In this document: piece after piece, positions 32,418-41,918 of the stretch | How the letters are laid out: the number at the start of each line of letters is the position of its first letter | Numbering within the stretch: position 1 is the first letter of the stretch | Assembly: GCA_963702425.1 (NCBI GenBank) | Contig: CAVPCQ010000020.1 | Span: 1 to 64,000 of the forward strand | DNA: 64,000 bases | Origin: an uncultured Acidobacteriota bacterium | Lineage (GTDB): Bacteria; Acidobacteriota; Polarisedimenticolia; J045 | Direction: 5' to 3' | Position numbers and translations under genes: made by a program | The notes under the pieces: generated by a model | What the model saw: only the letters and a program-made list of their open reading frames with translations | Told to the model about the DNA's origin: nothing | Database searches by the model: none

Positions 32418-33355
32418 CGGGCCGCCTTCTTCCGCGCCGCGCGCGCCGCGCGCCGCGCCTCGCTCCGCCAGCCGACGATCGTCGCCCGGTCCGGCACGTC
32501 GTCGCGGCCGGCCAGGCGCCGCAGCACGGCCAGGTTCTGTTCGTCCTCGCAGCCGTCCTCGGTCTTCTCGGTCTCGAGCGAGGCCGGCAGCCCGTTCAGG
32601 CGCGGGTCGTTCATGACCCGCACGAAGGCTCCCGCGCCGAGCAGGCCGAGACCGATGTGGTCGTGCCGGTCGACCCGCGCCCCGCAGGGCCGCTTCGAGT
32701 CGTTGAGGTGCAGCGCACGCAGCCGCGGCAGGCCGAGCTCGCGCTCGAATTCGCCCCAGCTCCGCTCCCAGCCCTCGGCGGAGGCGAGGTCATAACCGGC
32801 AGCGAAGGCGTGCTGCGTGTCGACGCAGACGCCGAGCCGCCCGGCTGCCGACGAGCGCGCCACGATTGCCCCGAGCTGTGCGAACCGGTGGCCGAGGGCC
32901 GTCCCCTGGCCGGCGGTGTTCTCGAGCAGGACCGTCACGCCCGCCCCGTCGTCGCGCGCGAGCACGCGGTCGAGCGCCCGGGCGATCCGGTCGAGGCCGG
33001 CCTCCTCGCCGGCGCCCATGTGCGCCCCGGGGTGCATCACGAGCAGCTCGATCCCGAGCCGCCGGCAACGCGCCAGTTCCGCGCCGAGGGCGACGATCGA
33101 GCGCTCCCAGAGCGCGTCGTCGGGTGAGGCGCAGTTGATCAGGTAGGAGTCGTGCGACAGGACCGGCAGCGGGCCGGCCGCGGACCGCTTCTCGCGAAAC
33201 CGGTCGACGATGTCCTCCGTGAGCGGCTTCCCCATCCACTGATTGGCGGACGCGGTGAAGACCTGCAGGACTTCGCAGCCGGCGCGCACCGCACGGTCGA
33301 CGGCACGGTCGACACCGCCCGCGATCGACATGTGGGCCCCGAGTCTCGGCGGCAT
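32414..33355 (-). CDS. nfo: Endonuclease IV
   Basis: GAHMSIAG, HDSYLIN, HPG, LENTAGQG, DTQH, HLNDSK, DRHDHIG, ET. Confidence 0.95.
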   Translation of the reverse strand: MPPRLGAHMSIAGGVDRAVDRAVRAGCEVLQVFTASANQWMGKPLTEDIVDRFREKRSAAGPLPVLSHDSYLINCASPDDALWERSIVALGAELARCRRLGIELLVMHPGAHMGAGEEAGLDRIARALDRVLARDDGAGVTVLLENTAGQGTALGHRFAQLGAIVARSSAAGRLGVCVDTQHAFAAGYDLASAEGWERSWGEFERELGLPRLRALHLNDSKRPCGARVDRHDHIGLGLLGAGAFVRVMNDPRLNGLPASLETEKTEDGCEDEQNLAVLRRLAGRDDVPDRATIVGWRSEARRAARAARKKAAR

Positions 33356-33365
33356 CGCGCGCTCC

Positions 33366-34022
33366 TCAGCGCAGTTCGACGAGCGCTGCGTCGTACGCGG
33401 TCGCCCGCCGCAGCCAGGCCTCGACCAGCGCCAGCTCGCGATCGCCTCGCCCGCTCCCCGGCGGCACGTGCGCCGCAACCTGCTCCAGTTCGGCTGCGAC
33501 CAGAAACGGCCCGGTCGCGCCGAACGGCCCCCCGCGCCGCCGTGCGAGCGCGGTGACCGCCAGGCCGGTGCGGGCTCTCGGCGGGGCGGCGGCGGCCCGG
33601 CCGCTCCGCTCGACGAGCGCGGACAGCGCGGTTTCGAGGGCGACGAAGGGGAGCGCGACCCCTTCCGGCGCGGAGAGCACCGCGCGGTCCGCCAGCGTGG
33701 CGACGAAGCGCGCCGTGTGCGAGCGCGCGATCGCGCCCGGGCTCCCGCCGCACGCCAGCGGACACTCGCCCGCCACCGGGCAATCCGTCCCGGCAGAGCA
33801 GCGGTCCGGGTTGACGCCGACCTGCGGCTCGCGCGCCGCGCAGGACCGCGCGGGGAACGCCGCCAGCTCGCGCAGCGCCTCGCCGGCGTCGAGCTCCGCC
33901 TGCTCGGCGAGCCGGGCGACCCTGCGGCGCTGACCGCCGGAAACCGCCGCATCGAGCGCTTCGAGCAGCGCCTGCCACGGCGCCCCGGCGACCGGTAGCG
34001 TGACCGGGCTGCGCCGGCTCAC
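33366..34022 (-). CDS. Hypothetical protein with a five-Cys cluster
   Basis: Fills the gap between mpl (GTGA overlap) and nfo; contains CAAREP..C.....CPVAGECPLAC. Confidence 0.55.
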   Translation of the reverse strand: MSRRSPVTLPVAGAPWQALLEALDAAVSGGQRRRVARLAEQAELDAGEALRELAAFPARSCAAREPQVGVNPDRCSAGTDCPVAGECPLACGGSPGAIARSHTARFVATLADRAVLSAPEGVALPFVALETALSALVERSGRAAAAPPRARTGLAVTALARRRGGPFGATGPFLVAAELEQVAAHVPPGSGRGDRELALVEAWLRRATAYDAALVELR

Positions 34023-35452
34023 GCCGGACCCCGCGCCGCGACCACCTCCCCAAGGCGGTGGGCCAGTCCTCCAAACGCGCCGTTCGACATCACCACGGCG
34101 ACGTCTCCGGCCGCGAGCCCCTGCGCGATGCGGGCGAAGATCTCGTCCGGAGCGAGCGGTCCTGCCGCATCGCGCCCGCGCGCGCGCAGCTGCGCCACGA
34201 CCGCTGCGACGTCCAGGCGTTCGTCGTCGGGGAAGCGTTCGGGGCGGTCGACGGCGCCGAGGTAGATCGCGTCCGCCGCAGAGAGCGCATCGCCCAGGGC
34301 CCGTTCGAAGACCTTCCTCACCATCGTGTTCGAACGCGGTTCGAAGCAGGCGACCAGCCGCCCGCCGGCCGGAACACGCGCCCGAAGGGTCGCCAGGGTG
34401 TGCGCGATGGCGGTCGGATGGTGCGCGAAATCGTCGTAGGCAACAACGCCGCCCCCGCGCCCGGTCACTTCGAGCCTCCGCCGCGGCGGCACCCACGACG
34501 CCAGGTGGCGCGCTGCTTCCTCGATCGGCAGCCCCGCCGCTTCTGCGGCGAGCAGCGCCGCGAGCGCATTCCTCGCGTTGTGGGGACCGGGCAGCGCCAG
34601 CCGCACCTCGGCCAGCGCCCGGCCGTCGCGGGCGAGGACGAAGCGCTGGCCGTCGCCCCCTTCCGCGCGCTCGAGCGCCGCCAGGCCGGCGCTCTCGTCG
34701 AGTCCGAAGGTCGCCACCCGGCAGCGGGCCGCGGCGGCGAGTCGCCGCGCTACCGGATCGTCGTGCGGGACGGCGAGTAGGCCGGACTCGGGCACCATCC
34801 TGACGAAGAGCGCGAAAGCACGCTCGACCGCGGCGAGGTCGGCATAGATGTCGGCGTGATCGAACTCGACCGCCCCGATCACCGCCACCTGCGGCCAGTA
34901 ATGGAGGAACTTCGGCCCCTTGTCGAAGAAAGCGGTGTCGTACTCGTCCCCCTCCAGCACGAGGTCCTCACCTCCCCCGAGCCGCCCACCGTGCGGGAAG
35001 TTCCCAGGCCGGCCGCCGACCAGGAAGGACGGTTCGCGCCCGGCCGCGTGGTGAAGCCAGGCGAGCATGCTTGCGGTGGTGGTCTTGCCGTGCGTGCCGG
35101 CGACGACGCTGACGCGCCGGCCGGGCACGAGGAGCCGCTCGACGACCTCGGCCAGCGAGGCCAGGGGAAGTCGCTCGTCGAGCGCACGCTCGAGCTCCGG
35201 GTTCCCGCGCGAGACGGCGTTGCCGACCACGACCAGGTCCGGCACCGGATCGAGGTGCGCCGCCGCGTAGGGTGTCCGGACCTCGATCCCCGCCGCCGCG
35301 AGGACCTCCGAGGCGGGCGGGTAGACCGCCTGGTCCGAGCCCGAGACGCGCACCCCGCGCTCGGCCAGCAGCGTCGCGAGACCGGACATGGCGACCCCGC
35401 CGACGCCGATGAAGTGCGCCGCGAGCGGCCACTCCGCAGCCCACCGCCCCAT
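34019..35452 (-). CDS. mpl: Murein peptide ligase Mpl
   Basis: HFIGVGG..MSGLA, GNAVSRGNPE, GTHGKTTT, EGDEYDTAFFDKGPKF, DDFAHHPTA, EPRSNT, MSNG-FGG. Confidence 0.93.
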   Translation of the reverse strand: MGRWAAEWPLAAHFIGVGGVAMSGLATLLAERGVRVSGSDQAVYPPASEVLAAAGIEVRTPYAAAHLDPVPDLVVVGNAVSRGNPELERALDERLPLASLAEVVERLLVPGRRVSVVAGTHGKTTTASMLAWLHHAAGREPSFLVGGRPGNFPHGGRLGGGEDLVLEGDEYDTAFFDKGPKFLHYWPQVAVIGAVEFDHADIYADLAAVERAFALFVRMVPESGLLAVPHDDPVARRLAAAARCRVATFGLDESAGLAALERAEGGDGQRFVLARDGRALAEVRLALPGPHNARNALAALLAAEAAGLPIEEAARHLASWVPPRRRLEVTGRGGGVVAYDDFAHHPTAIAHTLATLRARVPAGGRLVACFEPRSNTMVRKVFERALGDALSAADAIYLGAVDRPERFPDDERLDVAAVVAQLRARGRDAAGPLAPDEIFARIAQGLAAGDVAVVMSNGAFGGLAHRLGEVVAARGPA

Positions 35453-35547
35453 CCTTCCGCCTCCGTCCCGCAGCGAGCGGGAAGCACTGATTATGACCCG
35501 GACGGGATAAGATCGAGGGGCGCGGTCCCCGCGCGGAAGGTGCGCCC

Positions 35548-36321
35548 ATGGTCTCGTCCGCCACGCCGCCCGTCGTCGTCCTACTGACGCTCGTCCTGCT
35601 GCTGCTCGTCGCCTGCGGCCCGCGGAATGCCTCGTCCGACGCCACGGGCGGAGGCGCGAGCCGGCCGGGCGCGGCCGCTTCCGCCGCACGCGCCGAGGAG
35701 CGTGCGGCGATGGTCTCGCGCCAGCTCGCGGAACGCGACATCACGGACCCGCGCGTGCTGGCCGCGATGCGGGCGATCCCGCGCCACGAGTTCGTCCCGC
35801 CCGAGATCGCCGACGCGGCCTACCAGGACTCTCCGCTCCCGATCGGGCTCGGTCAGACGATCAGCCAGCCCTACATCGTGGCGCTGATGACCCAGCTCGG
35901 GCAGGCCGGCCCGGAGACCAGGGCGCTCGACGTCGGCACCGGCTCGGGCTACCAGGCCGCGGTCCTGGCCGAGGTCGCGGGCCGGGTCTACTCGATCGAG
36001 ATCCTGTGCGAGCTGGCCCGCGAGGCCGAAGCCCGCCTGGCGCGCCTCGGCTACCGGAACGTCGAGGTCCGCTGCGGCGACGGCTATCGCGGCTGGCCGG
36101 AAGCGGCCCCCTTCGACGTCATCATCGTCGCGGCGGCGCCGGAGGAGATTCCCCAGCCGCTGATCGATCAGCTCGCGCCCGGCGGCCGGCTCGTGATCCC
36201 GGTCGGGGAGGGCCACCAGGAGCTGATCGTGGTCGAACGCGCCCCGGACGGGACGATCTCCCGGTATTCGGCCGGCGGGGTGCGCTTCGTGCCGATGACG
36301 GGAGAAGCCCGGAAACGGTAA
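35548..36321 (+). CDS. pcm: Protein-L-isoaspartate O-methyltransferase with an N-terminal hydrophobic/lipobox extension
   Basis: PRHEFVP, GQTISQPYIVA, DVGTGSGYQAA, GDG..GWPE.APFD, VRFVPM. Confidence 0.93.
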   Translation: MVSSATPPVVVLLTLVLLLLVACGPRNASSDATGGGASRPGAAASAARAEERAAMVSRQLAERDITDPRVLAAMRAIPRHEFVPPEIADAAYQDSPLPIGLGQTISQPYIVALMTQLGQAGPETRALDVGTGSGYQAAVLAEVAGRVYSIEILCELAREAEARLARLGYRNVEVRCGDGYRGWPEAAPFDVIIVAAAPEEIPQPLIDQLAPGGRLVIPVGEGHQELIVVERAPDGTISRYSAGGVRFVPMTGEARKR

Positions 36322-36389
36322 TCGCGAGCGGCCTGCGCTAGACTTCCGTCCTTTCGCGGCCGGAAGGTCGCGCCCAGGAGCCTCCCGCC

Positions 36390-37868
36390 GTGGCCAAGGA
36401 AATCACCGCCCGGGCGACCGACTACGCCCGCTGGTACACCGACGTCGTCCTCAAGAGCCAGCTTGCCGACTACAGCCCGGTCAAGGGCTGCATGGTCATC
36501 CGTCCCAACGGCTACGCGCTGTGGGAGAACATCCAGAGGACCCTCGACGGGATGTTCAAGGAGACCGGGCACGTCAACGCCTACTTCCCGCTCTTCATCC
36601 CGAAGTCGTTCCTGGCCAAGGAGGCCGAGCACATCGAGGGGTTCGCGAAGGAGTGCGCGATCGTCACGCACACCCGGCTGAAGGCCACCGGCGAGCCCGG
36701 TCACATGGCGGTGGTACCCGACCCCGAGAGCGCGCTGGAGGAGGAGCTGATCATCCGCCCGACCTCCGAGACGATCATCTACTCGATGTTCGCCAAGTGG
36801 ATCCAGTCGTGGCGCGACCTGCCGCTGTTGATCAACCAGTGGGCGAACATCGTGCGCTGGGAGATGCGCACCCGGCTCTTCCTGCGCACGACCGAGTTCC
36901 TCTGGCAGGAGGGCCACACCGCCCATGCGACTCACGAGGAGGCCGAGGAGGAGGTGCTCCGGATCCTCGAGATCTACCGGCGGTTCGCCGAGGAGTACCT
37001 GGCGCTGCCGGTTCTCACCGGGGTGAAGACCGAGAAGGAGAAGTTCGCCGGGGCGCTCCGGACCTGCGCGATCGAAGCCCTCATGCAGGACGGACGGGCG
37101 CTCCAGGCCGGCACTTCCCATGACCTCGGCCAGAACTTCGCGCGCGCCTTCGACGTCCGCTACCAGACCGCCGGCGGCGGGTGGGAGCACGTCTGGAACA
37201 CCTCCTGGGGCGTCTCGACCCGCCTGATCGGCGCGGTCGTGATGGCCCACGGGGACGACGACGGCCTCGTCCTCCCGCCCCGGATCGCTCCCCTGCAGGC
37301 GGTGATCGTTCCGATCTGGCGCAACGACGACCAGCAGCGCGAGACCATCGCGGCCGCGCGCGAGATCGAGGCCCAGCTGCGGCGGGCCGGCGTCTCGACC
37401 CGGGTCGACGACCGGGACACGGTCAATCCGGGCTTCAAGTACGCGGAGTGGGAGCTCCGGGGGGTTCCGCTGCGGCTCGAGCTGGGGCCGCGGGACGTGG
37501 CCGCGCGGTCGGTGATGGCCGTCTCCCGGGTCGACCGCGCGAAGTCCGCCCTCCCCTGGGACGGCCTCGGCGAGAGCGTTCCGGCGCTCCTGGCCTCGAT
37601 CCAGTCGGCTCTCTTCGCACGAGCCCGGCAGCGGCGCGACGAAACGACTCAATCCGTCGATACCTGGGATGCGTTCGTCGCCGGCGTCGAGACCGGAGGC
37701 TTCCTCCAGGCCCGGCACTGCGGGAGCACGGAGTGCGAGGTGGCGATCCAGGACGAAACGAAGGCGACGGTCCGCGTCATCCCCTTCGACCGGTCCCCGG
37801 ACCCCGGCCCGTGCGTTCGCTGTGGCGCCCCGGCGGGCGGCCGGATGGTCTTCGCACGGGCGTACTGA
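36390..37868 (+). CDS. proS: Proline--tRNA ligase, archaeal/eukaryote-like type
   Basis: [43 protein letters not shown]-terminal FARAY; no INS editing domain. Confidence 0.97.
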   Translation: MAKEITARATDYARWYTDVVLKSQLADYSPVKGCMVIRPNGYALWENIQRTLDGMFKETGHVNAYFPLFIPKSFLAKEAEHIEGFAKECAIVTHTRLKATGEPGHMAVVPDPESALEEELIIRPTSETIIYSMFAKWIQSWRDLPLLINQWANIVRWEMRTRLFLRTTEFLWQEGHTAHATHEEAEEEVLRILEIYRRFAEEYLALPVLTGVKTEKEKFAGALRTCAIEALMQDGRALQAGTSHDLGQNFARAFDVRYQTAGGGWEHVWNTSWGVSTRLIGAVVMAHGDDDGLVLPPRIAPLQAVIVPIWRNDDQQRETIAAAREIEAQLRRAGVSTRVDDRDTVNPGFKYAEWELRGVPLRLELGPRDVAARSVMAVSRVDRAKSALPWDGLGESVPALLASIQSALFARARQRRDETTQSVDTWDAFVAGVETGGFLQARHCGSTECEVAIQDETKATVRVIPFDRSPDPGPCVRCGAPAGGRMVFARAY

Positions 37869-37907
37869 GTCGTCGTCGGATCTTACTTTTCGGTAAGCCC
37901 GCTCGCT

Positions 37908-37936
37908 TGCCAAGCCGGGGATCCTCCCGTACAAGA
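37908..37936 (+). promoter_or_regulatory. Candidate sigma70 promoter upstream of the mltF-like gene
   Basis: TTGCCA-17 nt-TACAAG. Confidence 0.4.
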
Positions 37937-38052
37937 GAGGGGTCCGGCCCCGGGGAGGGGCCGCGGGGCTCACCGATGGTGGTCCCGTACGATGCGTCCC
38001 CCACCCCTTGGGGTGGACCGACGGGGACGCCGGCCGGAAAGAGGGTGACTGC

Positions 38053-39501
38053 GTGTTCTGCTGGAAGCGTACGAGGCGTCTATCTGCCCTGACCGTGCTC
38101 GCGTGCGGCCTCGTGCTGGGGACGTTCTACGCGCTCCTTGCCGATGAGCCCCTCCGCCCCTCGACGCTCGTTCATCGAGCCCCGGTCGATCACGACCTCG
38201 CGGCGATCGCCGAGGCGGGCGTGCTCCGGGTCGCGATCCCGGCCGACGACGTGGCCTATTCGAAGCACGGCAGCCGGGAAGACGGGATGGCCTTCGAGCT
38301 GGCCGGCCGGATCGCCCGGCGGCTCGGCGTGCGGCTCGAGGTCTACACGGTCTCCCAGCCTGGCACAGGACTGCGCGACCTCGCCCGCGGCAAGGCCGAC
38401 CTCCTGGCGCTGATCGACCCGGGGCCGACCCCGATTCACGACCAGGCGGCCTGGTGCGCGCCGATCGAACAGGCGCGCGTGGTGGTGGCGGGCCGCGACG
38501 CGGGCGGCATCCGATCCATCGAGGACCTCCGCGGGCGAGAGATCGCGGTCCGCCGCGATACCCGGCTCGAGGAGGCGGCCCGCGGCTGGGCGGCGGCCGG
38601 CTTGGCGCTCGAGATCCGGCCTCTGCCACAGCGGCTCTCCGACGAAGACCTCGCCGCGGCGGCGGCCGAGGGGCGCTATCCCCTGGTCGTGATGGACGAG
38701 CGGCGGGCACGCCTCGAGCGCGCGCTCTTCGACGACCTCGAGGTCAGCGCGCCGCTCGGCGACCCGATCCCGGTGCGCTGGGCGACCCGTCCCAATGCAC
38801 CCCACCTGGCGCAGACCGTCTCACGCCTGATCGACACGGCGCGGGAGGTCGGCCTGCTCGCCGAGCTCCAGCGGCAATACTTGGAGAATCCCCGGCGGCT
38901 GCGCCAGTCGCGCCACTTCGAGGCCTGGCACGGCGACGGCACGATCTCCCCCTGGGACGGACTCCTGCAACAGGCGGCGCTCAAGCACGGTTTCGACTGG
39001 CGGCTCCTGGCGGCGCTCGTGGCCACGGAGAGCGGATTCGACCCCACCTCGGTCGGGCCCGGCGGATCGCTCGGCCTGATGCAGCTGATGCCGGCCACCG
39101 CCCGGGCCTTCGGAGCCGACGACCCGCTCGACCCGCAGCAGAACGTGCTCGCCGGGGCGCGACACCTGCGCTGGCTCTGGGAGTTGTTCCCGGGGGTCGC
39201 GGAACGCGACCGGCTGGCGTTCACCCTCGCGGCCTACAACATGGGGCTCGGTCACCTGGAGGACGTGCGCGCGCTGGCGGCGTCGCAGGGGCTCGATCCG
39301 GACCGCTGGGAGGGCCACGTCGCGGCGGTTCTCCCGCTCAAGGAGGACCGCGGCGTGGCGGCGCATCTCCCCCACGGCTTCGCGCGCGGGACGCTCACGC
39401 TGAACTACGTCGACCGCGTGCTCGACAAGTACGGGCAGTTCAGTGTCGCCAGCCGGCAACCGGCGGTTCGCAAGATCGCCGCCGCGCGTCTCGCCTCCTA
39501 G
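38053..39501 (+). CDS. mltF: MltF-like lytic transglycosylase (solute-binding domain + SLT domain)
   Basis: N-terminal TM, SBP_bac_3-like region, DWRLLAALVATESGFDP, GLMQLMP, LAAYNMG.GH. Confidence 0.8.
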   Translation: MFCWKRTRRLSALTVLACGLVLGTFYALLADEPLRPSTLVHRAPVDHDLAAIAEAGVLRVAIPADDVAYSKHGSREDGMAFELAGRIARRLGVRLEVYTVSQPGTGLRDLARGKADLLALIDPGPTPIHDQAAWCAPIEQARVVVAGRDAGGIRSIEDLRGREIAVRRDTRLEEAARGWAAAGLALEIRPLPQRLSDEDLAAAAAEGRYPLVVMDERRARLERALFDDLEVSAPLGDPIPVRWATRPNAPHLAQTVSRLIDTAREVGLLAELQRQYLENPRRLRQSRHFEAWHGDGTISPWDGLLQQAALKHGFDWRLLAALVATESGFDPTSVGPGGSLGLMQLMPATARAFGADDPLDPQQNVLAGARHLRWLWELFPGVAERDRLAFTLAAYNMGLGHLEDVRALAASQGLDPDRWEGHVAAVLPLKEDRGVAAHLPHGFARGTLTLNYVDRVLDKYGQFSVASRQPAVRKIAAARLAS

Positions 39502-39504
39502 GCC

Positions 39505-40494
39505 TCAGGGGTTCCCTTCGACCCCGACCGCCGTCCCCTTCTTCGGGATCCGGATCAGGTAACGGCCGTGCGGCAGCACGGCCGCCTTGAGCTGCGGGTT
39601 GGCGGTGCGGAGCGCGGCGTACCCGATGCCGTGCCGGGCCGCGACCTCGCGCAGCGCGATCGTCCCGGCCTTCTGCTCGACGACGGCGCGGGTGAACTCG
39701 GGGACGAACAGCGGCGTCATCCGCACGAGGCCGTAGGCCTCGGGGTCCTGGATCACCAGCTTCGCCGCCAGGGCGCGATAGACGTAGCGCCGGGTCTCGT
39801 ACGGCAGGTAGAGGTCGAAGTAGGGGGCCTTGGCGCCGTTGTCCTTGATCGCGTTGCGGACCGTGTTCTCACCCGAGTTGTAGGCCGCCATCGCCAGGAA
39901 CCAGTCCCCGAACTCCGCCTTGAGGGCCGAGAGGTAGCGCAGCGCCGCGTCGGTCGAGCGCTCCGGGTCGAGCCGCTCGTCGAGGACCTTGTCGACCACC
40001 AGGCCGTAGCGTGTCGCGGTCCCGGCGATGAACTGCCACAGGCCGAGCGCGCCCGCCGGCGAGCGCGTCGTCCAGCGCAGGTCCGACTCGATCATGGCGA
40101 CGTACTTGAGGTCGTCGGGGAGGTTGGCCGCCCGCAACCGTTCCTCGATCATCGGCAGCACCGTGGGGGCACGCCGCGTCCAGAGCATCGGCATCGTCGG
40201 ACGGCCGACGGTGAGGATCAGCTCGTACGCCAGCGCTTCCCGGACTTCCGGCCGGTCGAGCGGGACCGGTTGGCCGCATAAGGTGGCTTGCTCGGGGACC
40301 GGCAGATCCGCCAGGACCCGGGCCGGCAGGGTGCGCAGCGCCGCGCTGTCGAGACCGGCCGGAACGATGCCGGCCGGCACCGGGGCGGCCGGCGTCGCCG
40401 CGCTCGAACTTGCGGCGAGCCAGGCCCCGGCCGCGCCGGCCACGACGATCCCGCCGAGCACGGCGAAGGGAACGAAGAACCTGCTGGAAGCCAC
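39505..40494 (-). CDS. MltD-like lytic transglycosylase with a C-terminal LysM-like domain
   Basis: LPDDLKYVAMIES, GALGLWQF, DERLDPERST.AA..YL, AAYNSGE, LP.ET.RYV, LRTANPQL. Confidence 0.85.
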   Translation of the reverse strand: MASSRFFVPFAVLGGIVVAGAAGAWLAASSSAATPAAPVPAGIVPAGLDSAALRTLPARVLADLPVPEQATLCGQPVPLDRPEVREALAYELILTVGRPTMPMLWTRRAPTVLPMIEERLRAANLPDDLKYVAMIESDLRWTTRSPAGALGLWQFIAGTATRYGLVVDKVLDERLDPERSTDAALRYLSALKAEFGDWFLAMAAYNSGENTVRNAIKDNGAKAPYFDLYLPYETRRYVYRALAAKLVIQDPEAYGLVRMTPLFVPEFTRAVVEQKAGTIALREVAARHGIGYAALRTANPQLKAAVLPHGRYLIRIPKKGTAVGVEGNP

Positions 40495-40553
40495 GCGACC
40501 CTCCGTGGCGCGCACCGGGGCGGCGCCTGCCGACGAGTATAGGGATCGGCTCC

Positions 40554-41918
40554 TCAGGGCGCCGTGGAGGATGTCTTGCCCTTCGGGGCGTCGGTCGTGC
40601 GGAGCACGCCGTCGAGAATCGAGAGCGCCTCGTCGATCGCGGCGGCCTCGATGTTGAGCGCCGGCCGGAAGCGCAGCGAGCGCTGTCCGCAGGGGAGGAT
40701 GAGCAGGCCGGCCGCGTGGCAGTCGCGGATCACGCGGTCGCGCGTCGCTCCGTCCGGGAAGCTGATCGCGCCCATCAGGCCGCGGGCGCGGACGTTCCCG
40801 ACCAGTTCCGGATAGCGCGTCCCGAGGGTCTCCAGCCCGCAGAGGAGCCGCGCCCCTTCCCGGGCCGCGTTCTGGACCAGCCGCTCCCGCTCGATGACCT
40901 CGAGGATCACGGTCGCACGGAACATGTCGACGAGGTGGCCGCCCCAGGTGCTGTTGATGCGGGAGGAGACGTGGAAGACGTTGTCCGGCTCTTCCTCGAG
41001 GCGCGGCCCGGCCATCATCCCGCCGATCTGCATCTTCTTGGCGAAGGTGACGATGTCGGGCACGGCGTCGAGCTGTTCGAAGGCCCAGAACGTCCCGGTC
41101 AACCCGACGCCGGTCTGGACCTCGTCGAAGATCAGGAGCGCGTCGAACTCGTCGGCCAGGTCGCGCAGGCCGCGCAGGAAGCTCGGCCGGAAGTGGCGGT
41201 CGCCGCCCTCGGCTTGGATCGGCTCGACGATGATCGCCGCCACGTCGTCGCGGCGTTCCTCGAAGGCGTGTCGGGCGCGCGCCAGGGCGTCGGCCTCGGC
41301 CAGGTCGAGCCGCTCCGCCTCGCGCGCGTCGAGCGGAAAGTGAATCGCCGGCGACGGGATGCGCGGCCAGTCGAACTTCGGGAAGTACATCGTCTTGCGC
41401 GGGTCGGCGGTGTTGGTCAGGGAGAGGGTGTATCCCGTCCGGCCGTGGAAGGCCCACTCGAGGTGGAGGACCTGGTGGCCGCGTTCGGCGGTGTGCCCCT
41501 TGCGGAAGTTCCGGCGGACCTTCCAGTCGAACGCCGTCTTCAGCGCGTTCTCGACCGCCAGCGCGCCGCCGTCCACGAAGAAGAACCAGCGCATCGCCTC
41601 GTGTCGCGCGACGCGGTCCACCGCGTCCACGAACTCGGCGTAGGTCTCGGTGTAGACGTCGGAGTTGCTCGGCTTGTTGACTGCCACGCGCGCCAGCTGC
41701 TCGAGCGTCCCGCGTTCGGTCAGCGCGGGGTGGTTCATCCCGAGCGGATTGCTGGCGAAGAAGGTGAAGAAATCCAGCAGCTCGCGTCCGTCGCGCGCGT
41801 CGACCAGGCGGCACCCGTGGGAGCGTTCGAGGTCGAGGACGAGGTCGAGCCCATCGACCTGCATGCGGCGGCGAAGCGTGTCGATGACGCCGGACGGGGC
41901 GACGCGTGTGGAGCTCAT
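40554..41918 (-). CDS. lat: L-lysine 6-aminotransferase (class III PLP)
   Basis: LDFFTFFAS.PLG.NHP, NKPSNSD, GALAVENALKTAFDWK, EPIQAEGGD, DEVQTG, AKK, SSRINSTWGG. Confidence 0.92.
   Translation of the reverse strand: MSSTRVAPSGVIDTLRRRMQVDGLDLVLDLERSHGCRLVDARDGRELLDFFTFFASNPLGMNHPALTERGTLEQLARVAVNKPSNSDVYTETYAEFVDAVDRVARHEAMRWFFFVDGGALAVENALKTAFDWKVRRNFRKGHTAERGHQVLHLEWAFHGRTGYTLSLTNTADPRKTMYFPKFDWPRIPSPAIHFPLDAREAERLDLAEADALARARHAFEERRDDVAAIIVEPIQAEGGDRHFRPSFLRGLRDLADEFDALLIFDEVQTGVGLTGTFWAFEQLDAVPDIVTFAKKMQIGGMMAGPRLEEEPDNVFHVSSRINSTWGGHLVDMFRATVILEVIERERLVQNAAREGARLLCGLETLGTRYPELVGNVRARGLMGAISFPDGATRDRVIRDCHAAGLLILPCGQRSLRFRPALNIEAAAIDEALSILDGVLRTTDAPKGKTSSTAP

Noticed and set aside
28831-33355. 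queE/queC/tgt plus a nuclease as a 7-deazaguanine DNA-modification (dpd) system
   Set aside because: Tgt is canonical and sits next to queA; nfo is ordinary EndoIV; no dpdA/B/C-like genes are present.
37940-37985. GCGGGGCTCACCGATGG resembling the 3' end of a c-di-GMP-I riboswitch
   Set aside because: The upstream GGCAAAC, GAAA and GACGCAAA core elements are absent.
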